Position numbers and translations under genes: made by a program. A stretch of 64,000 nt of DNA from a phage, in the sequence record PZ019085.1. One strand, written 5' to 3'. The notes below the pieces were generated by a model. The model was not told the origin of the DNA and made no database searches. It saw only the letters and a program-made list of their open reading frames with translations. Below, one piece after another: positions 1 to 8,549 of this stretch (positions are counted from its first letter, which is position 1; every line of letters begins with the position of its first letter).

Positions 1-1
1 G

Positions 2-205
2 GTGAGTTCTTTCGGTTTTGTTGATATTATTGCTATCTTATTAGCATCTAGTATCATAAGTGTTGTTGGTGGCATCATTGGTGGCGGTACTGCAGCCATC
101 ATTATTAATCTTGTTAAAAGTAGTTTACAGGAACGTAAAGACAAGATAAAGGCCAAGAATAATGAAGTTGAACGTTTTATTACCGAATGCAGGAATTTGA
201 GATGA
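2..205 (+). CDS. Hypothetical small membrane protein (5' partial at window edge)
   Basis: ORF track; hydrophobic N-terminal stretch (IIAILLASSIISVVGGIIGGG); start lies outside the window. Confidence 0.35.
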   Translation: MSSFGFVDIIAILLASSIISVVGGIIGGGTAAIIINLVKSSLQERKDKIKAKNNEVERFITECRNLR

Positions 206-438
206 GTATAGCAATTTACATTAAATCAGAATCATGTGATTCTTATCTGTATTCCTATGATACCGGAACGTCAGAAGAGAAAATCAAAGAAGATTTAGAA
301 AGCGACTTGGATATGTTCCGACCTATTTCTGATTATATGGTCCAAATATCTGATAGTGAAAGTCCGTCAACAGAAACATGTGTTGAACTTATTATACAAG
401 ATATCTTTAAACAATCATGGGACCGAGATGATGAGTAA
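202..438 (+). CDS. Hypothetical acidic protein
   Basis: ORF track frame; internal ATG at 202 preceded by agga; stop overlaps the nudE start. Confidence 0.45.
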   Translation: MSIAIYIKSESCDSYLYSYDTGTSEEKIKEDLESDLDMFRPISDYMVQISDSESPSTETCVELIIQDIFKQSWDRDDE

Positions 439-886
439 GAAAAATAAAGTGAAAGAACTATCAGCCGGTATTATTTTCCTTACCGAAGATAAAGAATTAT
501 TCATGGGGCGTGTAACTGGTTCTCGTCCTAAAGGTTCTTTAGCTCATCGGTGGGATATTCCTAAAGGTCGTGTCGAGCCCGGTGAATCTCCTATCGAAGC
601 CGCTATTCGTGAATGCGAAGAAGAAACTGGGTTTACACAATATGACCCTGCCTTCCTGAAAGACCTAGGTGAACATCATTACTCAGACAATAAGAATATT
701 CATCTGTTCCTATATACCATCCCTGTAGAGCACGAGCAATTCAGAAACAGTGTTTGTAATTCCTATCATACATTCCCAGACGGACGACAGATTCCTGAAT
801 TTGATGCATTCGCTTTAATTAAACCTTCTCAATGGGAGTATGTAATGGGCAAATCATTATATAAGGTGCTCACTACCCTCCTATAA
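428..886 (+). CDS. nudE: Nudix hydrolase (NudE-like)
   Basis: Nudix box GRVEPGESPIEAAIRECEEETG; sits directly upstream of lysozyme as in T4-like phages; start at 428 or 431. Confidence 0.85.
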   Translation: MMSKKNKVKELSAGIIFLTEDKELFMGRVTGSRPKGSLAHRWDIPKGRVEPGESPIEAAIRECEEETGFTQYDPAFLKDLGEHHYSDNKNIHLFLYTIPVEHEQFRNSVCNSYHTFPDGRQIPEFDAFALIKPSQWEYVMGKSLYKVLTTLL

Positions 887-890
887 GTAA

Positions 891-920
891 TAAATACCTC
901 CTATAAACGTGGGAGGTATT
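891..920 (+). promoter_or_regulatory. Hairpin (acctcc/ggaggt) sequestering the lysozyme SD, with late-promoter-like TATAAA motifs in and before the loop
   Basis: Inverted repeat 896-901 / 912-917; right arm is the ggagg SD; aataaata and tataaacg motifs; resembles the known T4 gene e arrangement. Confidence 0.5.
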
Positions 921-1409
921 ATGAATATATTTGAAATGCTTCGTAATGACGAAGGTCTTAGACTGTCTTTATACAAAGACACTGAAGGCTTTTGGACGAT
1001 TGGCATAGGCCATTTAGTAACAAAGAACCCGTCTTTAGCCGTAGCTAAAGCTGAACTTGACAGAATGATCGGACGTAAATGCAACGGTACAATTACCCTT
1101 GATGAGGCTGAAAAGCTATTTAATGAAGACGTTGATAAAGCCGTTCGCGGAATCTTGGGTAATGCTAAACTTAAACCGGTATATGATTCTTTAGATGCGG
1201 TTCGTCGATGTGCATTGGTCAATATGGTCTTCCAAATGGGTGTAGCAGGCGTCGCTGGTTTTACTAATTCTCTTCGTATGCTTCAGCAGAAACGTTGGGA
1301 TGAAGCGGCAGTAAATCTAGCCCAATCTAAATGGTATCGTCAGACACCTAATCGCGCGAAACGCGTAATCTCAACATTTAAAACAGGAACTTGGAAAGCG
1401 TATATATGA
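921..1409 (+). CDS. e: Lysozyme (endolysin, T4 gene e type)
   Basis: Translation [32 protein letters not shown]... matches T4 lysozyme along its whole length; ATG at 921 after ggagg. Confidence 0.95.
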   Translation: MNIFEMLRNDEGLRLSLYKDTEGFWTIGIGHLVTKNPSLAVAKAELDRMIGRKCNGTITLDEAEKLFNEDVDKAVRGILGNAKLKPVYDSLDAVRRCALVNMVFQMGVAGVAGFTNSLRMLQQKRWDEAAVNLAQSKWYRQTPNRAKRVISTFKTGTWKAYI

Positions 1410-1687
1410 AAACATATAGTGAATTTTTATCAGAATCTATTCTTAACGAAGCTACTGACACATTTGCAACTAAGCTAGGTGCAGCTTTGGTTGAAGCTGA
1501 AAGTCTATTAGCACGTATTTCTGAACTTGCTAGTAAGATAGATACTCGCAAATTTGAACGTACCAGCGATATCGTTAAGCTTGAAGCATTGTTGCGTATG
1601 TGCGATAAACCGGAAGAAATCGCTAAGAATGGCTCGCTAATGAAACAACGTCTTGAAAAATATATTTCAGGCGCTTCAGAAAAATAG
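1406..1687 (+). CDS. Internal-protein-like with capsid-targeting leader ([10 protein letters not shown])
   Basis: N-terminus resembles the T4 internal-protein capsid-targeting sequence MKTYQEFIAE; ATGA overlap with the lysozyme stop. Confidence 0.55.
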   Translation: MKTYSEFLSESILNEATDTFATKLGAALVEAESLLARISELASKIDTRKFERTSDIVKLEALLRMCDKPEEIAKNGSLMKQRLEKYISGASEK

Positions 1688-1688
1688 T

Positions 1689-1740
1689 GTTTACTTCCTC
1701 CAAGGACTTTGATACTATACATTCATCAACTACTTGGAGG
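1689..1740 (+). promoter_or_regulatory. Early sigma70-type promoter (GTTTAC -35, TAnnnT -10) with inverted repeat cctccaag/cttggagg spanning the -10 and the denV SD
   Basis: gtttac at 1689-1694, tactat at 1713-1718; 8-bp inverted repeat 1697-1704 / 1733-1740. Confidence 0.55.
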
Positions 1741-1745
1741 AAATT

Positions 1746-2159
1746 ATGACCCGTATCAATTTAACACTTGTTTCTGAACTGACCGACCAACATCTTATGG
1801 CAGAGTATCGTGAATTACCACGCGTATTTGGTGCAGTCCGTAAACATGTTCAAAACGGTAAACGTGTAAAGGATTTTAAAATCTCTCCAACATTTATCTT
1901 AGGCACAGGTCACGTAACATTCTTTTACGACAAACTCGAATTTTTACGTTTACGTCAAATCGAGCTAATCGCTGAATGCTTGAAACGTGGTTTCAAAATC
2001 AAGGACACGACTGTCCAGGATATTTCCGACATCCCTGCCGAATTTCGTAATAATTATGTCCCGTCCGAAGCGTCCATTGCGATAAGTCAAGCTCGCTTAG
2101 ATGAAAAAATTGCTCAACGTCCTACTTGGTACAAATACTATGGTAAATCAATTTACTAA
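1746..2159 (+). CDS. denV: Endonuclease V, pyrimidine-dimer DNA glycosylase
   Basis: [34 protein letters not shown]... closely matches T4 DenV. Confidence 0.95.
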   Translation: MTRINLTLVSELTDQHLMAEYRELPRVFGAVRKHVQNGKRVKDFKISPTFILGTGHVTFFYDKLEFLRLRQIELIAECLKRGFKIKDTTVQDISDIPAEFRNNYVPSEASIAISQARLDEKIAQRPTWYKYYGKSIY

Positions 2160-2165
2160 GGAAAA

Positions 2166-2426
2166 ATGAAAATGTATCAAGAATTTATCGCTGAAGCAGA
2201 TGACAAAGGTCCTAAATTTAAAGTTAAAGCTTTCATTGGTGATGCGGAAGACTTTGGCTCATTAAAACGTAATGGGTATTTTTTCTTAGGTGGCGATGGT
2301 AAAGAAATCAACACCTATGCAAAACGTAGTGAAATTGCTTATGTTGTAGCAAGCCCTAAAGTAGATGTTGACGATATTGGATACGATTTTAACAACTTCG
2401 GAATTATTTCTGGCGGTAAAGCTTAA
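2166..2426 (+). CDS. Internal protein (capsid-targeting leader MKMYQEFIAE)
   Basis: Leader motif; located in the ip locus next to denV. Confidence 0.7.
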   Translation: MKMYQEFIAEADDKGPKFKVKAFIGDAEDFGSLKRNGYFFLGGDGKEINTYAKRSEIAYVVASPKVDVDDIGYDFNNFGIISGGKA

Positions 2427-2489
2427 ACGGTTTACGCTTAAGTATTAATATAGTATAATTACTCTATCAAAACAAACAAGGAAACAAAA

Positions 2490-2804
2490 ATGAAAACGTA
2501 TAAAGAATTTATTGCAGAATCCGCCAACCAACGCGTTGAAGGTGGTTATATTTGGATTGAACAAGTTGAGCCGCCGAGCCGCACTTCTACAGGTAAATGG
2601 AAAATTACTGTTGATGGTCCTGGCGGTAAACGTAGGACTCTTAAAGAAATTAACGGGTACTATGAAGAAGCTCTTTCGGATGCAGGAACTTACATGATGC
2701 AAATCATGATTAAAAACCCTGAAAACCGTTTTGCAGCTAAAGTCTTCCGCCGTATTGGTAATAAACTTTATGATGCATACTCTAAAAACTTCCCTAAAGA
2801 ATAA
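2490..2804 (+). CDS. Internal protein (capsid-targeting leader MKTYKEFIAE)
   Basis: Leader motif; own upstream promoter-like element. Confidence 0.7.
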   Translation: MKTYKEFIAESANQRVEGGYIWIEQVEPPSRTSTGKWKITVDGPGGKRRTLKEINGYYEEALSDAGTYMMQIMIKNPENRFAAKVFRRIGNKLYDAYSKNFPKE

Positions 2805-2829
2805 CATAAATTAAAACAATAGGAACAAA

Positions 2830-3159
2830 ATGAAAACATATCAAGAGTTTATCACTGAAGTTACATTATCTGCGGAACAGAAAGCTGCTATCGAAGAAGG
2901 TAAAAATCCCAAAGTAACATATAAAGTAAATAGTAAAGGCGTTTTTGATGACTTGGTTCAAGACCCTGAATTGAAAAAGGCTCTTTCTAAAACTAATGCG
3001 TACTTTGCTCCTAAATTTAACACAGCCGGTGTACTTATTGGATTGGATGTATTCAACTCTAAAGGTGTTCTATCTAATGCCTTTGGTTATGCCGCTAACA
3101 AAATTACCAAAGCCGCATGGGAATCCAATACTAAACAAGCTCAAAAGCCTAGAGTATAA
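2830..3159 (+). CDS. Internal protein (capsid-targeting leader MKTYQEFITE)
   Basis: Leader motif. Confidence 0.7.
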   Translation: MKTYQEFITEVTLSAEQKAAIEEGKNPKVTYKVNSKGVFDDLVQDPELKKALSKTNAYFAPKFNTAGVLIGLDVFNSKGVLSNAFGYAANKITKAAWESNTKQAQKPRV

Positions 3160-3331
3160 TTCTTGCCTAATAAAGGGAAACGCAACCTCTCCTTATGAAC
3201 GTCGAGTCCTCTGAGTGATGTACCTTTTCCAACCTGTAATAAGGTCGAGCGCAATGCGGTAATGGGTTTACATAGCGAGTCGAAGGACATAACATGTGCC
3301 ACGGAATGGCCCAAACCTTAAGAGAAATAAT

Positions 3332-3871
3332 ATGAGAACATTTTTAACTGGTCCTTATCTATCCCTGATGAATGCTTTTACACACCATTCTGATGCTAGA
3401 GTAGAAGAAATTTGTAAGAACGGTTATGCCCCACCATTTGAAGACGTACTCAAGCAGTACTGTACACTTCGTTTAGACGGCGGCAGACAATCAGGTAAAT
3501 CGACCGCAGTAACTAATTTTGCTGTTAATTGGCTGTATGACGGTGGAACAGTTATTGTTCTTTCTAATACTTCAGCTTATTCTAAAATTTCTGCTGGCAA
3601 TATTAAAAAAGAATTTTCTCGTTATTCTAGCGATGATATTCGATTCCGTTTATTTACTGATTCTGTCCGTAGTTTTATTGGCAATGAAGCTTCTAAATTC
3701 CGTGGATTAACGCTTTCTCGTATTCTGTATATAATTGACGAGCCTATTAAAGCTCCTGATATGGATAAGATTTACAACATACATATTAAAACAGTCCAAC
3801 ACTGTTGCAAAAGCAAATATTGCATCGGCGGTATTGCTCGTCCTCAATTTTTTGTGATTGGAATGCAATGA
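3332..3871 (+). CDS. Hypothetical P-loop NTPase
   Basis: Walker A GGRQSGKST and Walker B-like ILYIIDEP; the track start at 3296 is GTG, ATG at 3332 preferred. Confidence 0.5.
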   Translation: MRTFLTGPYLSLMNAFTHHSDARVEEICKNGYAPPFEDVLKQYCTLRLDGGRQSGKSTAVTNFAVNWLYDGGTVIVLSNTSAYSKISAGNIKKEFSRYSSDDIRFRLFTDSVRSFIGNEASKFRGLTLSRILYIIDEPIKAPDMDKIYNIHIKTVQHCCKSKYCIGGIARPQFFVIGMQ

Positions 3872-4176
3872 TGACCACTATTGAAGTTTTTGAATATTGT
3901 TATAATAGCCAAGTATGCAATAAAAGGGCCCTTGTAGAAAATTACGAGATTTACCATTTTAAACCTAAACGATATCGTTTGACTAAAGGTCCGTTCGCAG
4001 GGCAGCAGGTTCTTTGTACTGCTCCTAATGCACGGTTGATGACTAGTATTCCGCATTTCAAAATGGAATTTATTGATGGACCATTTAAGGGATTAATCAC
4101 TCAAAGTTTAATGGCGTTTAATTCCGACCCATTTTTGATTAAAGAAAAAACTTGGATAAATTTATTTTCTAATTGA
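3868..4176 (+). CDS. Hypothetical protein
   Basis: ORF track; ATG at 3868 overlaps the upstream stop. Confidence 0.45.
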   Translation: MMTTIEVFEYCYNSQVCNKRALVENYEIYHFKPKRYRLTKGPFAGQQVLCTAPNARLMTSIPHFKMEFIDGPFKGLITQSLMAFNSDPFLIKEKTWINLFSN

Positions 4177-4182
4177 GGTTAT

Positions 4183-4545
4183 ATGAAAGCATATCAAATT
4201 CTTGAAGGTGCACATAAAGGCACTATTTATTTTGAAGACGGTACTCAAGCTCGGATTATCGTCTCTAAGACTTTTAAAGAAGACGCTATTGTAGACCCGG
4301 AAATTTTCTACGGTTTGAATGCCCGTGAAATTGAAATTGAACATCAACCTAAAGTTAAAATTGAAGGTGGTCAACATCTGAACGTTAACGTTCTGCGTCG
4401 CGAAACTCTGGAAGATGCAGTTAAGCATCCTGAAAAATATCCGCAGCTGACCATCCGCGTATCCGGTTATGCAGTTCGCTTTAACTCTCTGACTCCGGAA
4501 CAGCAGCGCGACGTTATCGCTCGTACCTTTACTGAGAGTCTATAA
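4183..4545 (+). CDS. Autonomous glycyl-radical cofactor (GrcA/YfiD-like)
   Basis: C-terminal ~65 aa ([59 protein letters not shown]) matches E. coli GrcA with the RVSGY glycyl-radical motif; that half has GC-rich host-like codons. Confidence 0.85.
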   Translation: MKAYQILEGAHKGTIYFEDGTQARIIVSKTFKEDAIVDPEIFYGLNAREIEIEHQPKVKIEGGQHLNVNVLRRETLEDAVKHPEKYPQLTIRVSGYAVRFNSLTPEQQRDVIARTFTESL

Positions 4546-4769
4546 TGGCTAAATTGATTATAGAAGGGTCTGATGATGTTTTAAAATGTTTTGCCGCCTG
4601 GTTTAGTTGCTCAGGCGAGCAATCATTCGTTGAAGCATTTAGAACGGGTGATATTACTGGAAAATATCCGTCAACCGATATCACTGTACGCGGATATGGT
4701 ATTAATGAGCCTATCCAATTGGTCGAATATGACCTTGCCACCGATGAGGAAATTCCTTATGTCGATTGA
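4545..4769 (+). CDS. Hypothetical protein
   Basis: ORF track. Confidence 0.45.
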   Translation: MAKLIIEGSDDVLKCFAAWFSCSGEQSFVEAFRTGDITGKYPSTDITVRGYGINEPIQLVEYDLATDEEIPYVD

Positions 4770-5025
4770 AGACATCAAAGGCTACAAGCCGCATACCGAT
4801 GATAAAATCAGTAAAGTGAACGCTATTAAAGATGCAGAAGTCCGTCTTGGATTGATGTTTGATGCTCTGATTGAAGAAGCATATATCTTGAAAGAAAACG
4901 AAACAGAGCAACAAACCAAAGAAGATATGGATGCAGTGCAGGCTCTTAAGTATGCTAAGCAACACCTAAAAGAAGCCAGCATGTGGGCATGTCGTGCAGT
5001 ATTTCGACCTGAGGAAAAATACTAA
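4759..5025 (+). CDS. Hypothetical protein
   Basis: Internal ATG of the 4591 ORF, preceded by gaggaaa; overlaps the upstream stop. Confidence 0.4.
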   Translation: MSIEDIKGYKPHTDDKISKVNAIKDAEVRLGLMFDALIEEAYILKENETEQQTKEDMDAVQALKYAKQHLKEASMWACRAVFRPEEKY

Positions 5026-5240
5026 TGGCCTCTACTATTACCGGGTTATTGGACTTTCAAGAAAAGGTCAACAAAATTTGTAGTGAATACTTAAAGTATC
5101 TTGAAGAAGACCTTGAAGATTGTAAGGAAGAAGGCGAAGAAGACTATGCTGACCAGCGTCGTCGCCAAATCGAAGAGATGAGGCATTTCGCCAATATGGT
5201 ATCTAAAGAATCTTGGGCTTTAACTCCATTTTATCAATAA
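5025..5240 (+). CDS. Hypothetical acidic protein
   Basis: ORF track. Confidence 0.45.
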   Translation: MASTITGLLDFQEKVNKICSEYLKYLEEDLEDCKEEGEEDYADQRRRQIEEMRHFANMVSKESWALTPFYQ

Positions 5241-5244
5241 AGTA

Positions 5245-5295
5245 GTTTACTTCTCCTCTAGATGTGTTACTATAGACCTGTCAACTAGAGGAGAA
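5245..5295 (+). promoter_or_regulatory. Early promoter with 11-bp inverted repeat ttctcctctag/ctagaggagaa bracketing the -10 and forming the SD
   Basis: gtttac at 5245-5250; perfect inverted repeat 5251-5261 / 5285-5295; ATG at 5302. Confidence 0.55.
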
Positions 5296-5301
5296 ATCAA
5301 A

Positions 5302-5760
5302 ATGACTATCAATTCAGACGTTTTTATCCGCCGTAATAAACTCCGTCGAATCTTTGAAACGGAGTTCCGCAAAATAAATGCCGGTATAAAAGATGCTGCA
5401 AAGTCTCTTGGACTACCAGGCTTTCATATCAAGTATTCTCAACATCTCTTAGATCGTGCCATCCAGAGAGAAATAGATGAGAACTACGTTTTTGAATTAT
5501 TTCGTAAAGTAAAAAATCATGTTAAAGAAGTTGCAGAATTTTTATCAATGCCGGCACGTCCAGATGTTGATGAAGATTTTGTCGAAGGCGTCGAATATCG
5601 CCCAGGCCGTTTAGAAATAACTGATGGAAATCTTTGGTTAGGACTTACAGTCTGTCGCGAAAATCCAGCATTCAAAATGAAGACTCTTCAATGCAGAATG
5701 GCTATTATTAACAGTAAACGACTACCAGGAAAAGCTTCTAAAGCAGTGATTAAAATCTAG
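5302..5760 (+). CDS. Hypothetical protein
   Basis: ORF track; strong SD. Confidence 0.55.
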   Translation: MTINSDVFIRRNKLRRIFETEFRKINAGIKDAAKSLGLPGFHIKYSQHLLDRAIQREIDENYVFELFRKVKNHVKEVAEFLSMPARPDVDEDFVEGVEYRPGRLEITDGNLWLGLTVCRENPAFKMKTLQCRMAIINSKRLPGKASKAVIKI

Positions 5761-5768
5761 AGGTAAAC

Positions 5769-6311
5769 ATGAGAAAAGCACTACTCGCTGGTCTATTTGC
5801 TCTTTCGTTATCAGCACATAGCTCCGAGCATACTTTTAGTAATGTCCAACTCGATAACTTGAATTATGCTTATCAGTTTGGGGAACAGTTTTCTAAGGAT
5901 GGAAAATTTAAAACGCATGAAAATATGCATAAGAAAGGACTTGGATACATAATGGCCGCAATACTATGGCAGGAATCATCTGCCGGTATTAATCTTAAAG
6001 ATAAGAAAGGTCACCATGCGTATGGAATGTTCCAAAATTATCTACCAACAATGAGGGCAAGAATTAACCAGCTTGGTTATAATATGACTGACGCCCAAAT
6101 TAAGAAAATGCTATCTAAGCGGTCTAATTCAGCCAGATGGGCTTATATCGAATTTTCTTATTGGTTAAATATACATAATGGGGATATAAGAAAAGCTATA
6201 TCCTCATATAACGCGGGATGGAAGACAAGTGCTGGAAGTAAATATGCTTCTGAAGTCCTAGAAAAGGCCAATTACCTTAAATCAAATAAACTACTGGAAA
6301 TAAAAGAATGA
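5769..6311 (+). CDS. Secreted protein, lytic-transglycosylase-like (SLT-like)
   Basis: Signal peptide MRKALLAGLFALSLSAHSS; SLT-like motifs QESSAG ... AYGMFQ. Confidence 0.5.
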   Translation: MRKALLAGLFALSLSAHSSEHTFSNVQLDNLNYAYQFGEQFSKDGKFKTHENMHKKGLGYIMAAILWQESSAGINLKDKKGHHAYGMFQNYLPTMRARINQLGYNMTDAQIKKMLSKRSNSARWAYIEFSYWLNIHNGDIRKAISSYNAGWKTSAGSKYASEVLEKANYLKSNKLLEIKE

Positions 6312-6655
6312 CCAAAATGTTGGCTTTAATAGTTGGCTTGGTTTCATTTAACGCTCTTGCTAATACTACATATACTGATATAACGGAGTATACAAACAGA
6401 ACGGCGTCTGATTATTGTGGTCAAAGTCAAGAGTGTAAAGTAGATTTTTCACAAAAATTGTTATATGCGTATAAAGACGGAGAAAAAGATGGGGCGTCTA
6501 GTAGGTTCAAGGCGTCTACCTTAATTAAAAGATACTATAAAAAATGGCAAATATTAGAATGCTCGGTGGCGGAACCTAAAGATAAGGCAGCATGCAATTC
6601 TATGGTAGACCGTCTAGTTGACTCTTATAATAGAGGACTTGCAGCAAGTGATTAA
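6308..6655 (+). CDS. Secreted Cys-containing hypothetical protein
   Basis: Signal peptide MTKMLALIVGLVSFNALA. Confidence 0.5.
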   Translation: MTKMLALIVGLVSFNALANTTYTDITEYTNRTASDYCGQSQECKVDFSQKLLYAYKDGEKDGASSRFKASTLIKRYYKKWQILECSVAEPKDKAACNSMVDRLVDSYNRGLAASD

Positions 6656-7115
6656 AAACTATATCAAGGGCGATATTGTCGCCCTGTTTTCTAAAGGTAA
6701 TAATATCGCTCATGGGTGTAATTGTTTTCATACAATGGGCGCCGGTGTGGCAGGACAATTAGCAAAGGCTTATCCAAAAATTCTGGAAGCTGATAAACTT
6801 CAAACCGAATTCGGAGACGAGTCTAAACTCGGGACTTATTCGGTTTATGAAAAATATTTTAAGACACATAAAGCTTATTGCTTTAATCTTTATACACAGT
6901 TTGAGCCGGGACCTAATTTTGAGTACTATGCTTTAATGAATTGTATAATAGAATTAAATGAATTCGGAAAAAATAAGATAACAAAGCCTGTAATTTATAT
7001 GCCAAGAATTGGTGCGGGTATTGGTGGCGGAAACTGGGATGTCATCGAAGAGATTTTAGATACGTATTCCACTAAACTAGAAATTGTGATTGTTGATTGG
7101 GAACCATTATTATGA
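6648..7115 (+). CDS. Macro-domain protein (putative ADP-ribose binding/hydrolase)
   Basis: Macro-like motifs GDIVALFSKGNNIAHGCNCFHTMGAGVAGQL and IYMPRIGAGIGGGNW; the track ORF starts at TTG 6618, GTG at 6648 after gagga preferred. Confidence 0.6.
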   Translation: MIKNYIKGDIVALFSKGNNIAHGCNCFHTMGAGVAGQLAKAYPKILEADKLQTEFGDESKLGTYSVYEKYFKTHKAYCFNLYTQFEPGPNFEYYALMNCIIELNEFGKNKITKPVIYMPRIGAGIGGGNWDVIEEILDTYSTKLEIVIVDWEPLL

Positions 7116-7324
7116 ATATACATTATCCACATCCATATGACCCAAAGAATAAGGCAGTAATTATTCGTCAATGGGAACGCATTTGTCGTACCAAATGTCC
7201 AATTAATAGTCCACATGATGTAGATAAAGACTACATCGGAACATTCGTTGAATATACCTTTATTGATAAGAAAGGCCATAAACAACATGTAGAAGAATAT
7301 TGCTTAAAGGTGACATGGCTATGA
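7112..7324 (+). CDS. Hypothetical protein
   Basis: ATG at 7112 overlapping the upstream stop. Confidence 0.45.
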   Translation: MNIHYPHPYDPKNKAVIIRQWERICRTKCPINSPHDVDKDYIGTFVEYTFIDKKGHKQHVEEYCLKVTWL

Positions 7325-7527
7325 GTCAAACAAAAATTCTTACAGGTGCTAAATGCGAAAAATGCGAATGGCCTGTAGTTTTTGCTTTATGCAATGACGA
7401 AATGGCTTGTGATTTTGATTATTGGTGTTACTGTTCGAACAAAGGTTGTAGCAATCATAAAGGTGAAGGGTTTTACTCAGGATTTTACCCTTACCCAGAT
7501 TTCGTTAAAGAAGGTGAACCTAAATGA
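7315..7527 (+). CDS. Cys-rich small protein (possible zinc binding)
   Basis: CEKCEW ... CNDEMAC ... CYCSNKGC cysteine pattern. Confidence 0.45.
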   Translation: MAMSQTKILTGAKCEKCEWPVVFALCNDEMACDFDYWCYCSNKGCSNHKGEGFYSGFYPYPDFVKEGEPK

Positions 7528-7706
7528 AATTAACTAAAGAAGAGAAAGCTAAACTGTTTGAACTTATTCATGACCTATTGGATGAGCAAGCAGCCACCAA
7601 TGCGTACGATGAATATGCTCCTTTAACAGATGAAGAATATCAAGCATTGATGGAATCATTTGACAGGAAAGAACAAGAACTCATTGACTACGTGAATTCA
7701 CTATAA
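7524..7706 (+). CDS. Hypothetical acidic protein
   Basis: ORF track. Confidence 0.45.
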   Translation: MKLTKEEKAKLFELIHDLLDEQAATNAYDEYAPLTDEEYQALMESFDRKEQELIDYVNSL

Positions 7707-7715
7707 GGGACTCTT

Positions 7716-8297
7716 ATGGCTAGTTTAATTTTTACATATGCCGCTATGAACGCTGGTAAGTCTGCTTCATTACTTACTGCCGCACATAACTATAAAGAAC
7801 GTGGCATGGGTGTATTAGTTCTTAAACCGGCTATTGATACTCGCGATTCAAAAGGTGAAATAGTCTCTCGTATTGGTATTCGTCAGGACGCCAATATAAT
7901 TACAAAAGACATGGATATCTTTGAATTCTATAAATGGGCTGCGGCACAAAAGGATATTCATTGTGTATTTGTTGACGAAGCTCAGTTCTTAACTACTGAA
8001 AAGGTGTATCAACTTAGTCGTATTGTTGACGTATACAATGTGCCAGTAATGGCATATGGACTACGAACAGATTTTAAAGGTAATCTATTTGAAGGTTCTC
8101 AAGCATTAATGGCTATTGCCGATAAGCTTGTTGAACTTAAAGGTGTCTGTCATTGTGGTAAAAAGGCCACAATGGTAGCTAGAGTCACGGAAGACGGACT
8201 TCCAATTACGGATGGCAGTCAAATTGAAATTGGTGATACCGATAGATATGTGTCATTATGCCGGAAGCATTGGAATGATTTGACAGGGTTGTTATAA
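7716..8297 (+). CDS. tk: Thymidine kinase
   Basis: P-loop NAGKSASLL, FVDEAQF, C-terminal CHCGKKA zinc ribbon; matches T4 Tk. Confidence 0.95.
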   Translation: MASLIFTYAAMNAGKSASLLTAAHNYKERGMGVLVLKPAIDTRDSKGEIVSRIGIRQDANIITKDMDIFEFYKWAAAQKDIHCVFVDEAQFLTTEKVYQLSRIVDVYNVPVMAYGLRTDFKGNLFEGSQALMAIADKLVELKGVCHCGKKATMVARVTEDGLPITDGSQIEIGDTDRYVSLCRKHWNDLTGLL

Positions 8298-8324
8298 ATA
8301 CTAATATCTAACCAAGAGGTATAT

Positions 8325-8537
8325 ATGCAGCAATTAAACGAAAGACAACTTCGTAATCTTACTGTAACCCAATTGGATGAAATCCGAAGAGAATTAGGAC
8401 ATTCTATTTCTCATTTAAACGAGGATATCCGTCAAACTGGTTCTAAAGCTGATTATACACGCAAGCGCAAGCTGGAAAAATACCTCACAGATGTTAAGGC
8501 CGTCCAAAGGCGAAAAATAAATACTGGCCAAAATTAA
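8325..8537 (+). CDS. Hypothetical protein
   Basis: ORF track. Confidence 0.45.
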   Translation: MQQLNERQLRNLTVTQLDEIRRELGHSISHLNEDIRQTGSKADYTRKRKLEKYLTDVKAVQRRKINTGQN

Positions 8538-8549
8538 CAGGAGGCCTAT

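Noticed and set aside
3296-3331. Upstream GTG start for the P-loop protein
   Set aside because: No SD precedes it, and the ATG at 3332 has a better context.
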